Counted from the first letter of the stretch, positions 13,171 to 25,345 are shown. The stretch is DNA of 64,000 nucleotides from Octopus bimaculoides (GCF_001194135.2 NC_068983.1:54042889-54106888); one strand, 5' to 3'. The notes: generated from the sequence alone by a model not told the origin. A program made the numbers and translations.

Positions 13171-14499
13171 TGATCCCTCTGAGGTTGATAAAAATTAGTA
13201 TCAATCAACTACTGGGGACCCTGCAATTGATTGTCCCCTACCTGCACCCAAATCCGTGGCCTCGTGCTAATATTTGAAACATTATTATTAAGGTGGTGCG
13301 CTGGCAGAGAATTGTTACTACATTCGACAAAATGTTTAGCAGCATTTATTTTGGCTCTTTATGTTCTTAGTTCAAATGCTGCTAAGGTTGACTTTTCCTG
13401 TCATCCTTTCAGGGTTGATAAGTATCAGCAGAGCACAATTGAACCCTTCCCTACAAAATTTCAGACCTAATTTCAGATATAATTGATTTACCCCTCCTTG
13501 AAACTTGCTGGCCTTGAGCCAAAATTTCTAACCAATAATTTATAGGATATTTTATGTAATTACAATGTGCTTGCAGATAATTTCAATTCAAATTTTTTTA
13601 AAGATATCCTCATGTAATTGAATACTATGTTATGCTGTGTAATATCAAATTAACTGAAAACAGAAATAAAAAAAATGTCGTTTAAGTTAACTACTAAAAT
13701 AATTTGTTCAATTCTAGATAAAAAAATTAAATGAATTCAAATAATCAGTTTTATGAATGTTTCTAAAGAAAATATTCTGACCATTTTGAGGAAAATAAAA
13801 CAACTCTGAGATGCCACTTAAACAAAAATTATTGGAATCAATATATAGTAATTCCAGAAATGAGATTTGGTTCCTTCACAAAAACCAAATCTAAATGTAT
13901 TATCTGGAAATTTGTAGGATTTCAGAATAAGCTGTTCAAAACCTTTTAACATGTACAGATATGCACACACACACATCCACACACACATTTTTGAATTGGA
14001 ATTCTTGAGATGAATGAATAATTTGAAAATCTTGTTGCAATCCTAGCAAGTTAAAATCCTTAGTAATAACATCGTTTGGCAATTTCATCAATACATTATC
14101 AATAGTTGAAATAATTCAATAGAATAGCACATTTTTATGTAGTAGATCGATATTGAAGACTTATTCATATAAGCTTTTAATTTGATAACTTTAAAATCAA
14201 ATCCAGAGTAATAACTTCATATGATTTGTCAAAGCCTTTTGAATAATATTTCCCATCTTATTATGTATAATGTATTTGACAAAGTAATAGCAACAACTGG
14301 ATTAATACATTCATAAATATGAGATTCTATGATAGCAGTGATTGCATTAGGATCCGTATTATGGAAATTTATTTACAATGTCTTTAAAATTTAAAGGAAT
14401 TTCATTACTCTTCAACTTAAAATATGTGATTTGCTTAAAATAATCCTATTTTCCTGAATATGAGTTGATAGACATACCAATTCTTGTAGCAGTGGCAAT

Positions 14500-14750
14500 G
14501 AAAAGTCTGTGGAGGGGGACTTCCTGGAAATGTCTGAGGGGAAACTTCCTGGAAAAGTCTGAGTTGAGGGGGACTTCATGGAAAAGTCAGAGTAAAAATG
14601 GAGAAATTTCCTTGAAAAGCTCAAAGGATGAAGGACTTCCTGGAAAAGTCCAAGGAGGGGGAGAGGATGGGACTGCCTGGAAAAGTCAGAGGAAGACTCC
14701 CTGGAAAAGTCTGAGGGTGTGTGAAAAGGGGAAACTTCTTCGAAAAGTTC
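14500..14750 (+). repeat. Variable-spacer minisatellite with 17-bp core GACTTCCTGGAAAAGTC (8 cores plus 1 partial)
   Basis: Cores at 14518, 14543, 14572, 14605, 14634, 14671, 14695 and 14733, separated by purine-rich spacers of about 7-21 nt. Confidence 0.9.
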
Positions 14751-14831
14751 AGTCAACATGCATGCATGTGTGCACCCTCACATACACACAAACTTTTTGA
14801 ACTTGAGGCTAGCAGGTACATTGAGGCAAAT

Positions 14832-15290
14832 GAAGTAAGCTGACACAGTTTTGTCGGACATTCATTCTGCAAAGCTCTGACCAGGCTTGGAGTTACTGGT
14901 GCAGCAATNNNNNNNNNNNNNNNNNNNNNNNNNNNNNNNNNNNNNNNNNNNNNNNNNNNNNNNNNNNNNNNNNNNNNNNNNNNNNNNNNNNNNNNNNNNN
15001 NNNNNNNNNNNNNNNNNNNNNNNNNNNNNNNNNNNNNNNNNNNNNNNNNNNNNNNNNNNNNNNNNNNNNNNNNNNNNNNNNNATTGAAGCCACAGAGAAG
15101 GTCACTAGGTGGTTATGGATAAAGTGGGCAGACCAGTGGGTTGCTGGTACTGGGACACAAGCTGGGGCTTAATCAATTCCAGCTGGGTCAACTGGGCAAG
15201 GGGGTATCTGATGTTTAGAGATCCTATAATCACTAAGACCCCCAGAAACATCACAGACACTGCATCACAGCATCTCTGAGATGTGTCTTG
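14832..15290 (+). mobile_element. HERO/NeSL-like non-LTR retrotransposon, 3' end (RLE-domain C-terminus plus 3' UTR), split by a gap
   Basis: Translates EVS*HSFVGHSFCKALTRLGVTGAA [gap] IEATEKVTRWLWIKWADQWVAGTGTQAGA* (stop 15170-15172), resembling the C-terminus I recall for HERO-clade ORFs (EVGCRGF...AEKASRWLW). Confidence 0.7.
14909..15082. other. Assembly gap (N run)
   Basis: Run of N. Confidence 1.
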
Positions 15291-15727
15291 AAACTAAACT
15301 AATATATATAATCATTTAGCATCCGTTTTCCATGCTGGCATGGGTTAGATGGTTTGACTAGAACTGACAAGCCAGAGAGCTGTACCATGTTCCAGTCTGA
15401 TTTGGCTTGGTTTCTACAGCTGAATGCCCTTCCTAATGGCAACCACTCCAAGTGTGTAGTGGGTACCTTTTACATGTCCCTGGTACTGTCCACAACTATG
15501 ATTTCACTTGACTTGATGAGTTTTCTCAAACACAGAAAATTGCCAAAGGTATCAATTACTTGTCATTTCCTCTGTGAGACCCAACATCCAATGATCCTGC
15601 TTCATCACTTTGTCTCATGTCTTCCTGGGTCTACCTCTTCCACAAGTGATGACTATGATGTCTCACTTCATAAAGGGAATGTAAAGTGAACTTGTGAAAT
15701 TCCTTATTTTTATTAACAGAACTCCTT

Positions 15728-15947
15728 CAGTGAGCTAGCAGAAACGTTAGCATGCCGGGTGAAATGCTTAATGGTATTTCATCTGCCATTATGTTCTGAG
15801 TTCAAATTCCGCCAAGGTCAACTTTGCCTTTCATCCTTTCGAGGTCGATAAATTAAGTACCAGTTACGCACTGGAGTTGATGTAATCGACTTAATCCCTT
15901 TGTTTGTCCCCACTATGTTTAGCCCCTTGTGGGCAATAAAGAAATAA
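15728..15947 (+). mobile_element. SINE family A (A1 type)
   Basis: Near-identical to 4207-4442; aagaactccttca occurs on both sides as a possible TSD. Confidence 0.85.
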
Positions 15948-16454
15948 GAACTCCTTCATTATGCACTATTCACAGGTACCTAATTACATAATACCTTCCA
16001 TTGCTATCCTAAGCATTTCATAAATAGTAGCTGAGGTAGACTGTCCGAACATAGGCTACCCTGTAATGGACAACAATACTGAGAAGGAAATTTGGTGACT
16101 TGCATGTTGATGCATGTTAGTCAACGCAGTGAAATGTGACCAATGTAATGCTGAGTGACTACTGAACTGTAGAGAAAGAACTGATGGGAAGTGGTGGTGT
16201 TGATCCTGTAAATTCACTATATATTGCTTACAAGAAATTATTTCACTGTCATCACTTCTGATCGATTTACTTTCACTTTTTTTAAACCCTTTCACCTGTT
16301 TCTGTATCACATGCCTATCATGTGTAATACGCAGGACATATTTGCCTGGCATCCACGCATCATGTATGATGACATTCATTCCCAACTTCTTTCAACAACC
16401 AGAGTAATTTGGGACTTATGGAAAGAAAGTTTTATATTACTCAGAAAACTATTA

Positions 16455-16693
16455 CCAGTACTGCCTGACTGGCTCCCATGCAGGTAGCACGTGAAAAGCA
16501 CCGTTTGAGCGTGGTTGATGCCAGTGCCACCTGACTGGTTCCATGCTAGTGGCACATAAAAATGTCAGTGCCGCCTGATTGGCCCTCGTGCCGGTAGCAC
16601 ATAAAAAGCACCCACTACACTCTGCTGAGTGGTTGGTGTTAGGAAGGGCATCCAGCTGTAGAAAACTTGCCAGATCAGATTGGAGCCTGGCGC
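16455..16693 (+). mobile_element. SINE-like family C lacking its 3' tail
   Basis: Tandem ctgactgg...ggcac units, then gttggtgttaggaagggcatccagctgtagaaaacttgccagatcagattggagcctgg; abuts the LINE fragment directly. Confidence 0.8.
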
Positions 16694-16695
16694 AC

Positions 16696-18260
16696 CTCCA
16701 TATCTCATTCCAACTTATTTTCCTCTCAACAACCTGTTCCTCCTATCTTGTCATCTGTCCTTGTTGAATACATTGGACCTAATTACGCTCTCTTCTCTCT
16801 GCTTCCCTCATTTTGATGCTGTTGCTAACAACAGATCTGCATTCACTCCGCATCATACTTGCAAATGGTCTGAACTGATCTGCACCAAAACCAAATCTCT
16901 TCCAATGATTTTGCATTGCACCCACCATATCTCTGTGTAAGAGAAGACAAGATGTCATCAGTCTCTGCTTGTTTTCCACTTCCTTGCTGTTTTCACAACT
17001 GGTGGATTATGCCTGATTTCCATGTCCTTCGATTCTCTCAGCATTATCACCATTCGTCTCTTCCCCAGTTTATATATTTCGACTATTGACACCAGTGGTA
17101 ACTGCAACAAGCCTCTTTTACGATGAAGAGCTGAACTGTTCAACATCCAAAGTAGGCCTAGCCACTTTCTGATGAACACATTACATCTTTGTTCAATGAT
17201 CTGAACTCGTGACAATGCTACCTTGTATATTAACAATGGCCACGAAAGTCGTGGATACAAAACGAACTGCAAGCACCAAATTTTATATTTACCTGGTAAT
17301 TTTGAGTTATCAATTGCTGATAATCCAACCACAACTTGTTTCATAATTTCCATTCGGCAACTCCTATCTGACAATGTTCCAGCATATACTCGCCCCAAGC
17401 TCTTGACGGGTTCTTCTTTGACTGTTAGAATGTTTTCTTCAGCTATTCGAAACTTAAATTCTTTCTGCACTCCCTTAACAAATGTCAGACTATGCAATTT
17501 TTTTGTTCTAAACTGCATCCTTGACCACCTCACCAGCTCGTCTAGTCTCAAGAGAGCATTCTGCATGATTTGCTTATCTATAGATAAAAGTGTCACGTCA
17601 TCCATGAAGGCTTTCTTAGGCGATTGTACATGAGTGATTTATTCCGAAAAATCCATGACTTTCAAAATCATCTCCATGATTAAGATAAACCATGTGACAT
17701 ATTGTACAGCCAGCAGCAATGCCAATCTCCAATTGGTGCCAATCTGTTGTAAAATCTCCAGCTGTAAACCTCATCTCAAAACTATCATAATACAGCCTCA
17801 TTATTTTGGTTACTTTGTCTGGAATGTGGAAGTGGTCCATGGCTCTCATCAGTAATTCGTGTGGCACTGAGCCATATGCATTAGCTAGGTCAAGCCATAC
17901 CATGTTCAGACTTCTCTTGTTCTGTTTGGCATCCTGGATCGTTTTCCAAATCAAAAAACAGTGTTCAATGCATCCAGGGATTCCAGCCTTTTGAACAGAT
18001 TCATCAACATATCCATTACTCCTTGAAAGAATTCCCATGAAGATCTTACCTTCCACATTCAATAAAGATATCAGCCTAAACTGTTTTATAGTCTCTGCAT
18101 TGGCCTCCTTTGGTAGGTATATGCCTTAGTGTCCAACGCATCCAAGGATTGCGGCCTTTTGAACAGATTCAGCGACATGTCCATTACTCTGTAAATATGT
18201 CTTCATTCTCTTCGAAAGAATTCCCATAAAAATCTTGCCTTCCACATTCAATAAGGATAG
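16696..18260 (-). mobile_element. HERO/NeSL-like (RLE-type) non-LTR retrotransposon RT fragment, frameshifted
   Basis: ORFs 17616-18062 and 16958-17605: GIYLPKE..FRLISLLNVEGKIF, GIPGCIEH, WLDLANAYGSVPH, GIAAGCT, KAFMDD, KLPGKYKIWC, RKWLG; continues HRDMVG and VERKISWNEIW to about 16696. Confidence 0.9.
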
Positions 18261-19839
18261 AAATCAGGAATGGTTTATGGTAAACAGAATGTCAGACAAG
18301 TTTTGCAATTTAATACCCACTTTTTATATGAGACCCAAATGCTGCAGTGTTTTTCAATCATTCTAAAGTAGTTCTCAGCTTTTTGCAATTCAGTCCTTTT
18401 CACAAAATGGATTTAGGAACAAGATTATTTAGAATAAACATTTCTATGATGCATCTTAGATGTGAATGAAATCATTTAAACAGAAGCCAAATTGAGAAGA
18501 ACTGGTCGTTAATAAGTTCTGACTTCCTTAGTGTTAAACCAAATTAAACAGAAATTCCACTCTTCCTGGACAAGGTGTCTAGAATAAATTGCATTGATAT
18601 TGTTTTTGACTGTGTGCGTGCATGCAAATGAGTGAACTAAGGTGATATTGTTTTGTCCAAAAACAAAATACTTAGTAGATTTGAACTCATTATCAACAAG
18701 TTGGCAGTTTATTTTTTCTTTATTCATTTTTACTTTTTGTAAACAATCAAATGAGTGTAAAACTCTTGAAGTGTGTGACTGGCAAGAATACTTATCTGAA
18801 GCTGCCATCTGCTTCACTTACATATACATTCTGCATGCATACATATGCATGCACGCAAGCACACACACACACACACACACGTACACATATATAATCATCA
18901 TGAACATGACTTTAAAAAAAGGCAAGTTAAAGGTGATAAAAACACAAAAGATAAAAGGCCAGTAGAGATAAAATGAAAGGTCTGTGTTTGTGTGTATGTG
19001 TCAGCGTGCATGTACACATGTCAGTGACTTAAGTGAGAGAATGAAAGATATAGTAAATGAAACACATACAAACACAGATATATTTACGTATATACATACA
19101 TGGTGAAAAACACAAACGAAAACAAGCACAGATAAAATAGTGAACAAACAGGGAAACAAATGGTAGATATTAAAAAAGCATAATTTTAAAAATAGAACAT
19201 TAAGCATATGAACTTTATACTAAAACAAAAAACTGGATACACAACAAAGAAACAAAAAATTAAAGTCGTTTGACTAAGAGATTTATTTTTAGAAAAATCT
19301 TAGATGAAAGATAAGATAATTTTACATTTTTGTCAATAAGACATCAAATTATTAATCATCTCAGGCAACTTTGATTATTAATTTTAGATTTGATTGCTGA
19401 AAATGGAAAATCAGTGTTTTTGCCAGATGGTGAGATTCAAGATTTTTAATACTTAAATAAGATGAGGGGTGGGTTAACATGCAGTTTGAGGGTTAACCCT
19501 TTGCCTGTCCAAAGTATTTTTACAAGTTCATAGTAAAAGACATTTGCCAAAGAGTACCAAGCGGCGGATTGACTCCAAAACCAAAGAGTTTCAATGTGAA
19601 ATTCTTAATCATACCTCTCGACATGTGCCAATGGAAACCAGAGCTAATTACCTTTTTAAAAAACCGTTTGACCCCATGGGCTGTGGGAGTCATTTGAGGT
19701 GGAGATAGATTGTTAACTAAAACGAGCATTTTAACCTTTCCAAGATAGTATGATGTCTGCTTCATAGCAATAACATTAACAGTGAATGGAAACTACAAAC
19801 TATCAGCTTTTAAATATGCATGAACATTTTAAATATACA

Positions 19840-20235
19840 TCCATCTCCTTTCTCCCTCATGTAGTTTGTTCTCTCTCTCTCTCTCATGTTATCTGTTCTC
19901 TTTCTCTTACATAATTTTCTTCCTCTCTCATTTTTACTTCTCCTCTGCTGTCTTTCACACATCAGTCATTCTCCCTGTCTCTCGCATCATTCGTTCTTTC
20001 TGCTCTCTCTCATGCATGTCATTCGTTCTTTCTATCTCTCTCTCTCTTTACTCCTTCTCTTTTTTTGTCTTACTATTTGTTCTCCCCCTCCCTCTCGCAA
20101 TTCATTCCCTTTCTCTCTTTCTCCCTCCATTCATTATTTCTTTTACTTTCTTACTCAATCACTACGATTTATCATTCATTTTCTCTCTCACCCCACTTTC
20201 TCCTTTATCTTCTCTCGTGCTCTCTGTGTTCTCAT
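19840..20235. repeat. CT-rich low-complexity tract
   Basis: Degenerate (CT)n/(TTC)n sequence. Confidence 0.8.
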
Positions 20236-20789
20236 GATAACCCCTTTTACTAAACAGCAATCAGTAATGCGGAACTGGACAATTACCTTTCATAAATATG
20301 CAGACTTTTATCACTTGTCATAAATCTACCAAAGGATAATTAATACAGTTCCTTCTTTGTCAGCTTCCAATACATCTCTCAATAGACAGTAGGCAGGCAG
20401 GCAGGCAGGCAAGCACACGTTAGCAAGCTTTGATTGGCTGATAAAAGATTTTCAGAAAATGCTTGGCCAGTGTAGATTCAATAATTAAAAAAACAAGAAA
20501 AAAACAAAAAATGGAACAGACTACCACGCGTTTCATAACATCTCAGCCAAGCATCTTCATCTATAATCTTAGCATCTTCATCTATAGCCCTACCTTCCAT
20601 CGTGTGACATTTAGTGTTGATTTGTTTATGTTGGATCTTTTCTGTTTGGTTTTCGATCTTTTCTGTTTGGTTGTAGCCAAACAGAAAAGACCCTTTATAT
20701 CCCTATAATTTAGGTACTTGGTAATAGAGACTGATAAAATAAGTACAAGACTTAAGAAAGGGTACTGAGGTTGACTTGTTTGACTAAAC

Positions 20790-21279
20790 CAGGGCTGGCC
20801 AACCTGAGGCCTACTGGCTGCATGCGGCCCACCAACTTTTATCTTGCAGCCTGCTCGATACTTTCTTGAAATGGGTTTATTTAAACAAACATTTAAAAAA
20901 TTAAAGATTGTAATGAAAAGTAAAAAAGAAAGATACTACTCTCTTTGCAACGATAATATTTCCTGTTGAATCAATGGTCATTCATTCATTATTGTAATAA
21001 TAGCATGAGAAAGCAAAATGCTTTCAATTCTGTCAGTATACAAGTCATCATCATCATCATCGTTTAACGTCTGCTTTCCATGATAGCTTGGGTTGGATGA
21101 TTTGACTGGGGACTGGCAAGCCAGAAGGCTGCACCAGGCTCCAATCTTATCTGGCAGAGTTTCTACAGCTGGATGCCCTTCCTAACGCCAACCACTCCGA
21201 GAGTGTCAACTACTCCAGCCCTCAAAAAAAACTTTGTGATTAATGTGGCCCGCAATGTAATTAGAGTTGGCCAGGCCTG
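20790..21279. mobile_element. hAT MITE with perfect 8-bp TSD GACTAAAC, carrying a nested family C SINE (about 21045-21212, minus)
   Basis: TIRs cagggctggccaac / gttggccaggcctg (13/14); gactaaac at 20782-20789 and 21280-21287. Confidence 0.9.
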
Positions 21280-21734
21280 GACTAAACCTTTCCAGACCTT
21301 GACATGGTTACACTCCAATGACTGAAAAAAGCAACAGGTAAGGTGAAGTGACATAAATAGGTTAAAGGTGAGAATTTAATCAATTCAGGTAGGTAGGTAG
21401 GTGGTGATGTACTGAATGACAGATGCAAAAGAATTGTCAACGGATTGAAATATGCCTTTTCATTTGGTATACTATGCTGATGAGGTTTAATAAGTCCAAA
21501 ACATGTTTGCAGCTGTTTTACTCATGAATATATGATTGGTCTTAAGTATAAATTGAAATATTTGTGCAATTAACTTCAATAAATTACCTTCTCTCTCTTT
21601 TGAAAGTCTCTAACAATTGACGCTAGGTGTTTTTCTTTCTTCAATGAAGAGGGAAATTTTAAGAATATGTCATCCAATACATAAAAACCTCCAAGAATTA
21701 TCTAAGTTACTGCTATTGGAATTTCCTCACCATC

Positions 21735-22120
21735 GTCGTTTTAACATCCATTTTTCCATGCTGGCATGAGTTGCATGAAATTTATGGGAGAATTTTCTGT
21801 GACTGGAAGACCTTCTTGCCCCCATAATCCACAATTGCTTCTAAGTAGGGTAATATTTCCCCACCCCTGTGACTGAAAATATTTTCATGGAAGATTGGAG
21901 AGTAAAGACACGGCTTCTATAACAGTAACACTCGTTTACAACTATCATGCTATGTCAAGATGAGGAGGTACAAATGAACGCACATGAAAACGCACATGCA
22001 CATTCTCTTTCTGTCTCTCTCTCTCACACAGTAGGCTTCTTTAGGTTTCCTTCTAAGAAATTCACCCCAAAAGCTTTGGTTAACTCGGAGCTAAAGTGAA
22101 AGACATTTATCCAAGGTGCC
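21735..22120 (-). mobile_element. SINE family B2 (B head plus alternative 3' half ending in the RTE-type tail)
   Basis: Degenerate B-head motifs at 22040-22120 and tail gcatggaaaaatggatgttaaaacgacgatg on the minus strand; same layout as 57305-57660. Confidence 0.6.
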
Positions 22121-22140
22121 AATCAGTTATTATTATTATT

Positions 22141-22668
22141 GAGTGAGAGAGCAGTGCATGTTTTCAAAGTGACACTGGGGTGAAATATACAAAGCCCATT
22201 ATACCCATCATGACTACCTGTCTGATAAGGGTACACCAGGCACATGCATCACAATCATTTTTGCACGACATGGTAATCTCATATCAAAATAAACAGCGCA
22301 TGACCTTGCAGGTGGGGCCCAGTTAGAATTTTCTTCAGGTCGAGTAGCCCATCCTGCTCAAACGGCCCTTGAATAAGGGTTGTTTAAGGGTGTTGAATGA
22401 AACACGTAGGTTTCCAGAGGTGAATTATTCAAACTCCAAAGAATTCCTCTCAACACATGGCTATGATGCTCCCCCACTACTTCTGCTCGTGATCAGAGAT
22501 GCACATACCGTCAGCCACAAAGAGACATGCTCAACTGGTTAAGGTCAGGCAAATCTGTGGTATTGAGCAGAATATTTACTGAAGCTCATCTTTTATACCA
22601 AGACAAAACAATGTACATGATAACACTTCCAGTCAGTTAAGACCCACTGTCTGGTACTGCATCAGGGT
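22141..22668 (-). mobile_element. Non-coding interspersed element family D embedded in (TAA)n
   Basis: Closely similar to 44144-44620; (ATT)n tracts on both sides. Confidence 0.8.
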
Positions 22669-23733
22669 ATTTTATTATTATTACTATTATTTTTATTGTT
22701 TACTTTTAATCTGCATGTTTGTTACAGTCACTTGCTGAGACACACCCAGCATCTTGGGGCAAGTGAAGGATAAGAGATGTTACAGTATGACTGAAAATTT
22801 GGGGAGGGGAAGTGACAGGGGCAGAATTGAAATATCTTCATAAAATATAACACAGACATTTAAATGGGTAGTGTTTTTCTAAGGACGTGGGCAGTGCTTG
22901 TCAGCACAATCTTTTGGATTTCTCTGAGACTTGTTTCTCCTGGAATCTTATCTAGATGTTTCTGACATCCCTCTTTTATCATACCTAGGGCATCTACAAT
23001 AGCAGGAACAGTTCTTGCTTTAAGATGCCACATCTTTTGTATTTCAATTTCCAGGCTTTATATTTACTTAGTTTGTCAAATTCCTTTATACATATATTCT
23101 TATCAGTGGGAACACTTACATCTATTAGTCTACAAGTATTTTCTTCCCTGGCTTTAATAATTATGTCTGGTCAATTAGCCTGGATCGTTCTGTCAGCTTT
23201 GACTGGAAAATCCCAGAGGATAGTAACATTTCTACCTTCAACGACTGGCTCAGGATGATGTTCATACCAGTAAGCAGGAGTTCTGATTTTGTAGTGCTTA
23301 TTGTTATTATTATTCCTGAATCAAGGGGTGATGAGGCCCAAGGTACTCCAATTTTAGTTGGCCCTCATTCACAAAATATACAGATCACCAAATCTACTGT
23401 AGTCTGTTTATTGTATGTAATCAGAATTGACATGATAAACATACATAGACATGCAAAGGTTAAATGCAAAAACAAACACAAAACCTGCTGTTTATAATAA
23501 ATGTTAAAAAAAAGAAATAAATATGAAAATGCTTGAATCTTAAATGTTATATATAAATGTTAAATGCCAAACCTGACAAGTTAATTTAGCTGAGTTGCCA
23601 CAAAGGTTTTTAATAAATGTAAAGGGTGAGACAGAAAAACGCCCCATAGTTTGTATGGCCATTGATGTGACGCTAATAAAGTTAGTCAAATATTAACAAT
23701 ACCTTCGTGTAGCTAATCTGTTATCGTTTTCCT

Positions 23734-25045
23734 TTATTACCTTGTGCATGTAAGCAAAAGCAGGGTATTGTAATCACTCGTCTTTGTTTGTCTGTGTTTG
23801 CAAAATTACTGGAAAACGGCTGAACGGATTTTCACCACATTTGGCAGAAAAACTCATTGGCTCGAAACGATGAACATTTGGTTTGATTATCTTAAAAAAA
23901 AAAAAAAAAATTCTAAATTGAACTTACAAATTTCCTGATTAGCAAGTGGTTATATTATTTTGTTCACTTTCTTTTTCATATGAATCGACCCTCGTCTGCA
24001 TGTGTATAGATCAAGGTGTACCTATGCGCATAGATACATATGCATACATACGCGACTGCGTGTGCCCATGTGTACAGTGATGGATTCGAGGATTACGTTT
24101 ATTTATGAGTTGATTTCTTAATGTCACCAGAGTATAAATACCTAAAATGGCGATACTTAATTCACGACTTGATTTCTTAATTTCTCTGGAGTATAAATCC
24201 CTATAATGGTGAACTTTAAAAAAAATTTGAAAAATTTGAAATCGATCTTACAAATTTCCCGATAAGCAAGTGGTCATATTTTGTTCACTTTCTTTTTCAT
24301 ATGTATCGACCCTTGTCTGCATGTGTATAGATCTTGATGTACCTATCCGCGTAGATACGTGTGAGTACATACATACGTAAATATCTAAATCCTCGAGTAT
24401 AGTCCGCCCTTGAGTATAATACGCAGGGGATTTTTAGGGGGCTGTACCTCTGAAAAACTTAAATCTTGTGTATAATACGCACCCTTCTCTAACTTGAGTG
24501 AAGGAGGTCTATATAACGTCCTTGGTTTGTAAACGTATTTATGGTAACGTCCTTTATTATTATTGTATATATAACATAATGCAAATGTGTAGCTTTTTGT
24601 GCACTTTGTTTGCAGAAAATAAAGAAATAACAGTAATAACGTCAGGGAAAAATAAATATTAAGTAAATTGCCTTTCACATATTTATCACTTAGAAAATTT
24701 TGCTTAGAAAATATTTAAAATTTTTAACCTCGTATATAGTACGCACTAGAAATTTTGACCTTAAATTTTGGGAAAAAAGTGCGGATTATACTCGAGGATT
24801 TACGGTACATACATAGATATGAGACTGTGTGTGTACTCTGAGGGATTCGAGGGTTTCGTTTATTTACGAGTTGATTTCTTAATTTCACCGGAGTATAAAT
24901 ATCTATAATGGTGATACTTTAAAAAAATAAGTTAATGCAGTTCAATTTAAAAGCATGGGTAAGCAGCGCGTGTTAACCACACTATAATTTGCGGAAAAAT
25001 TTATCTGTACGCAGGGTATGCATCGCCCCTCCAATGCCTTTGTTT
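23734..25045 (+). mobile_element. Helentron-associated non-autonomous element (HINE / DINE-1-like architecture)
   Basis: 5' ttattaccttgtgc...gcagggtat hairpin, gtctttgtttgtctgtgtttg microsatellite, aaaacggctgaacggattttcacc block, internal about 320-bp duplication, 3' gcagggtat plus short stem gcat...atgc ending in a T-run. Confidence 0.65.
24376..24805. mobile_element. Tc1/mariner-superfamily (Tc2/pogo-like) MITE nested in the HINE
   Basis: TA on both sides; ends cgtaaat[atctaaat]cctcgagtatagtccgc / gcggattatactcgaggatttacgg; removing it restores the HINE internal repeat. Confidence 0.8.
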
Positions 25046-25194
25046 TTTCATTTGTTATTGTAATGATTTAGATCTTTATACATTTGCGATTGTTCTTGAA
25101 ACATTTGTCAACTGCTGAAATTTGTAAAGTTGTAGCAGGGATTCGAAACCGAATTTCTGAATACGCAATCAGACCTCACGAGCAAACCACAACA

Positions 25195-25345
25195 GTTTCA
25201 CGAGATTGGTCTATTAAACAACCAATCAGCGTCAAGTCGCCGCGTGAATCAATTTTCTAAAATCTTCTTTTTGTGCCTGATATAAAGTCGCTTTTAACGC
25301 CAAAACCCTTTGTAGAACATTGAAACTGGCCGACTCATTCACACA
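25195..25345 (+). promoter_or_regulatory. Candidate CCAAT/TATA core promoter
   Basis: ATTGG 25205-25209, CCAAT 25222-25226 and TATAAA 25281-25286 in CpG-rich non-repetitive sequence; motif-only evidence. Confidence 0.25.

Noticed and set aside
14500-14750. CRISPR-like repeat-spacer appearance
   Set aside because: Eukaryotic context, 17-bp cores with short low-complexity spacers of uneven length, and no cas genes
19866-20323. ORFs of 123-145 aa rich in L/S/F (also 39942-40271, 58253-58624 and 62027-62405)
   Set aside because: Translations of CT-rich microsatellite or low-complexity DNA
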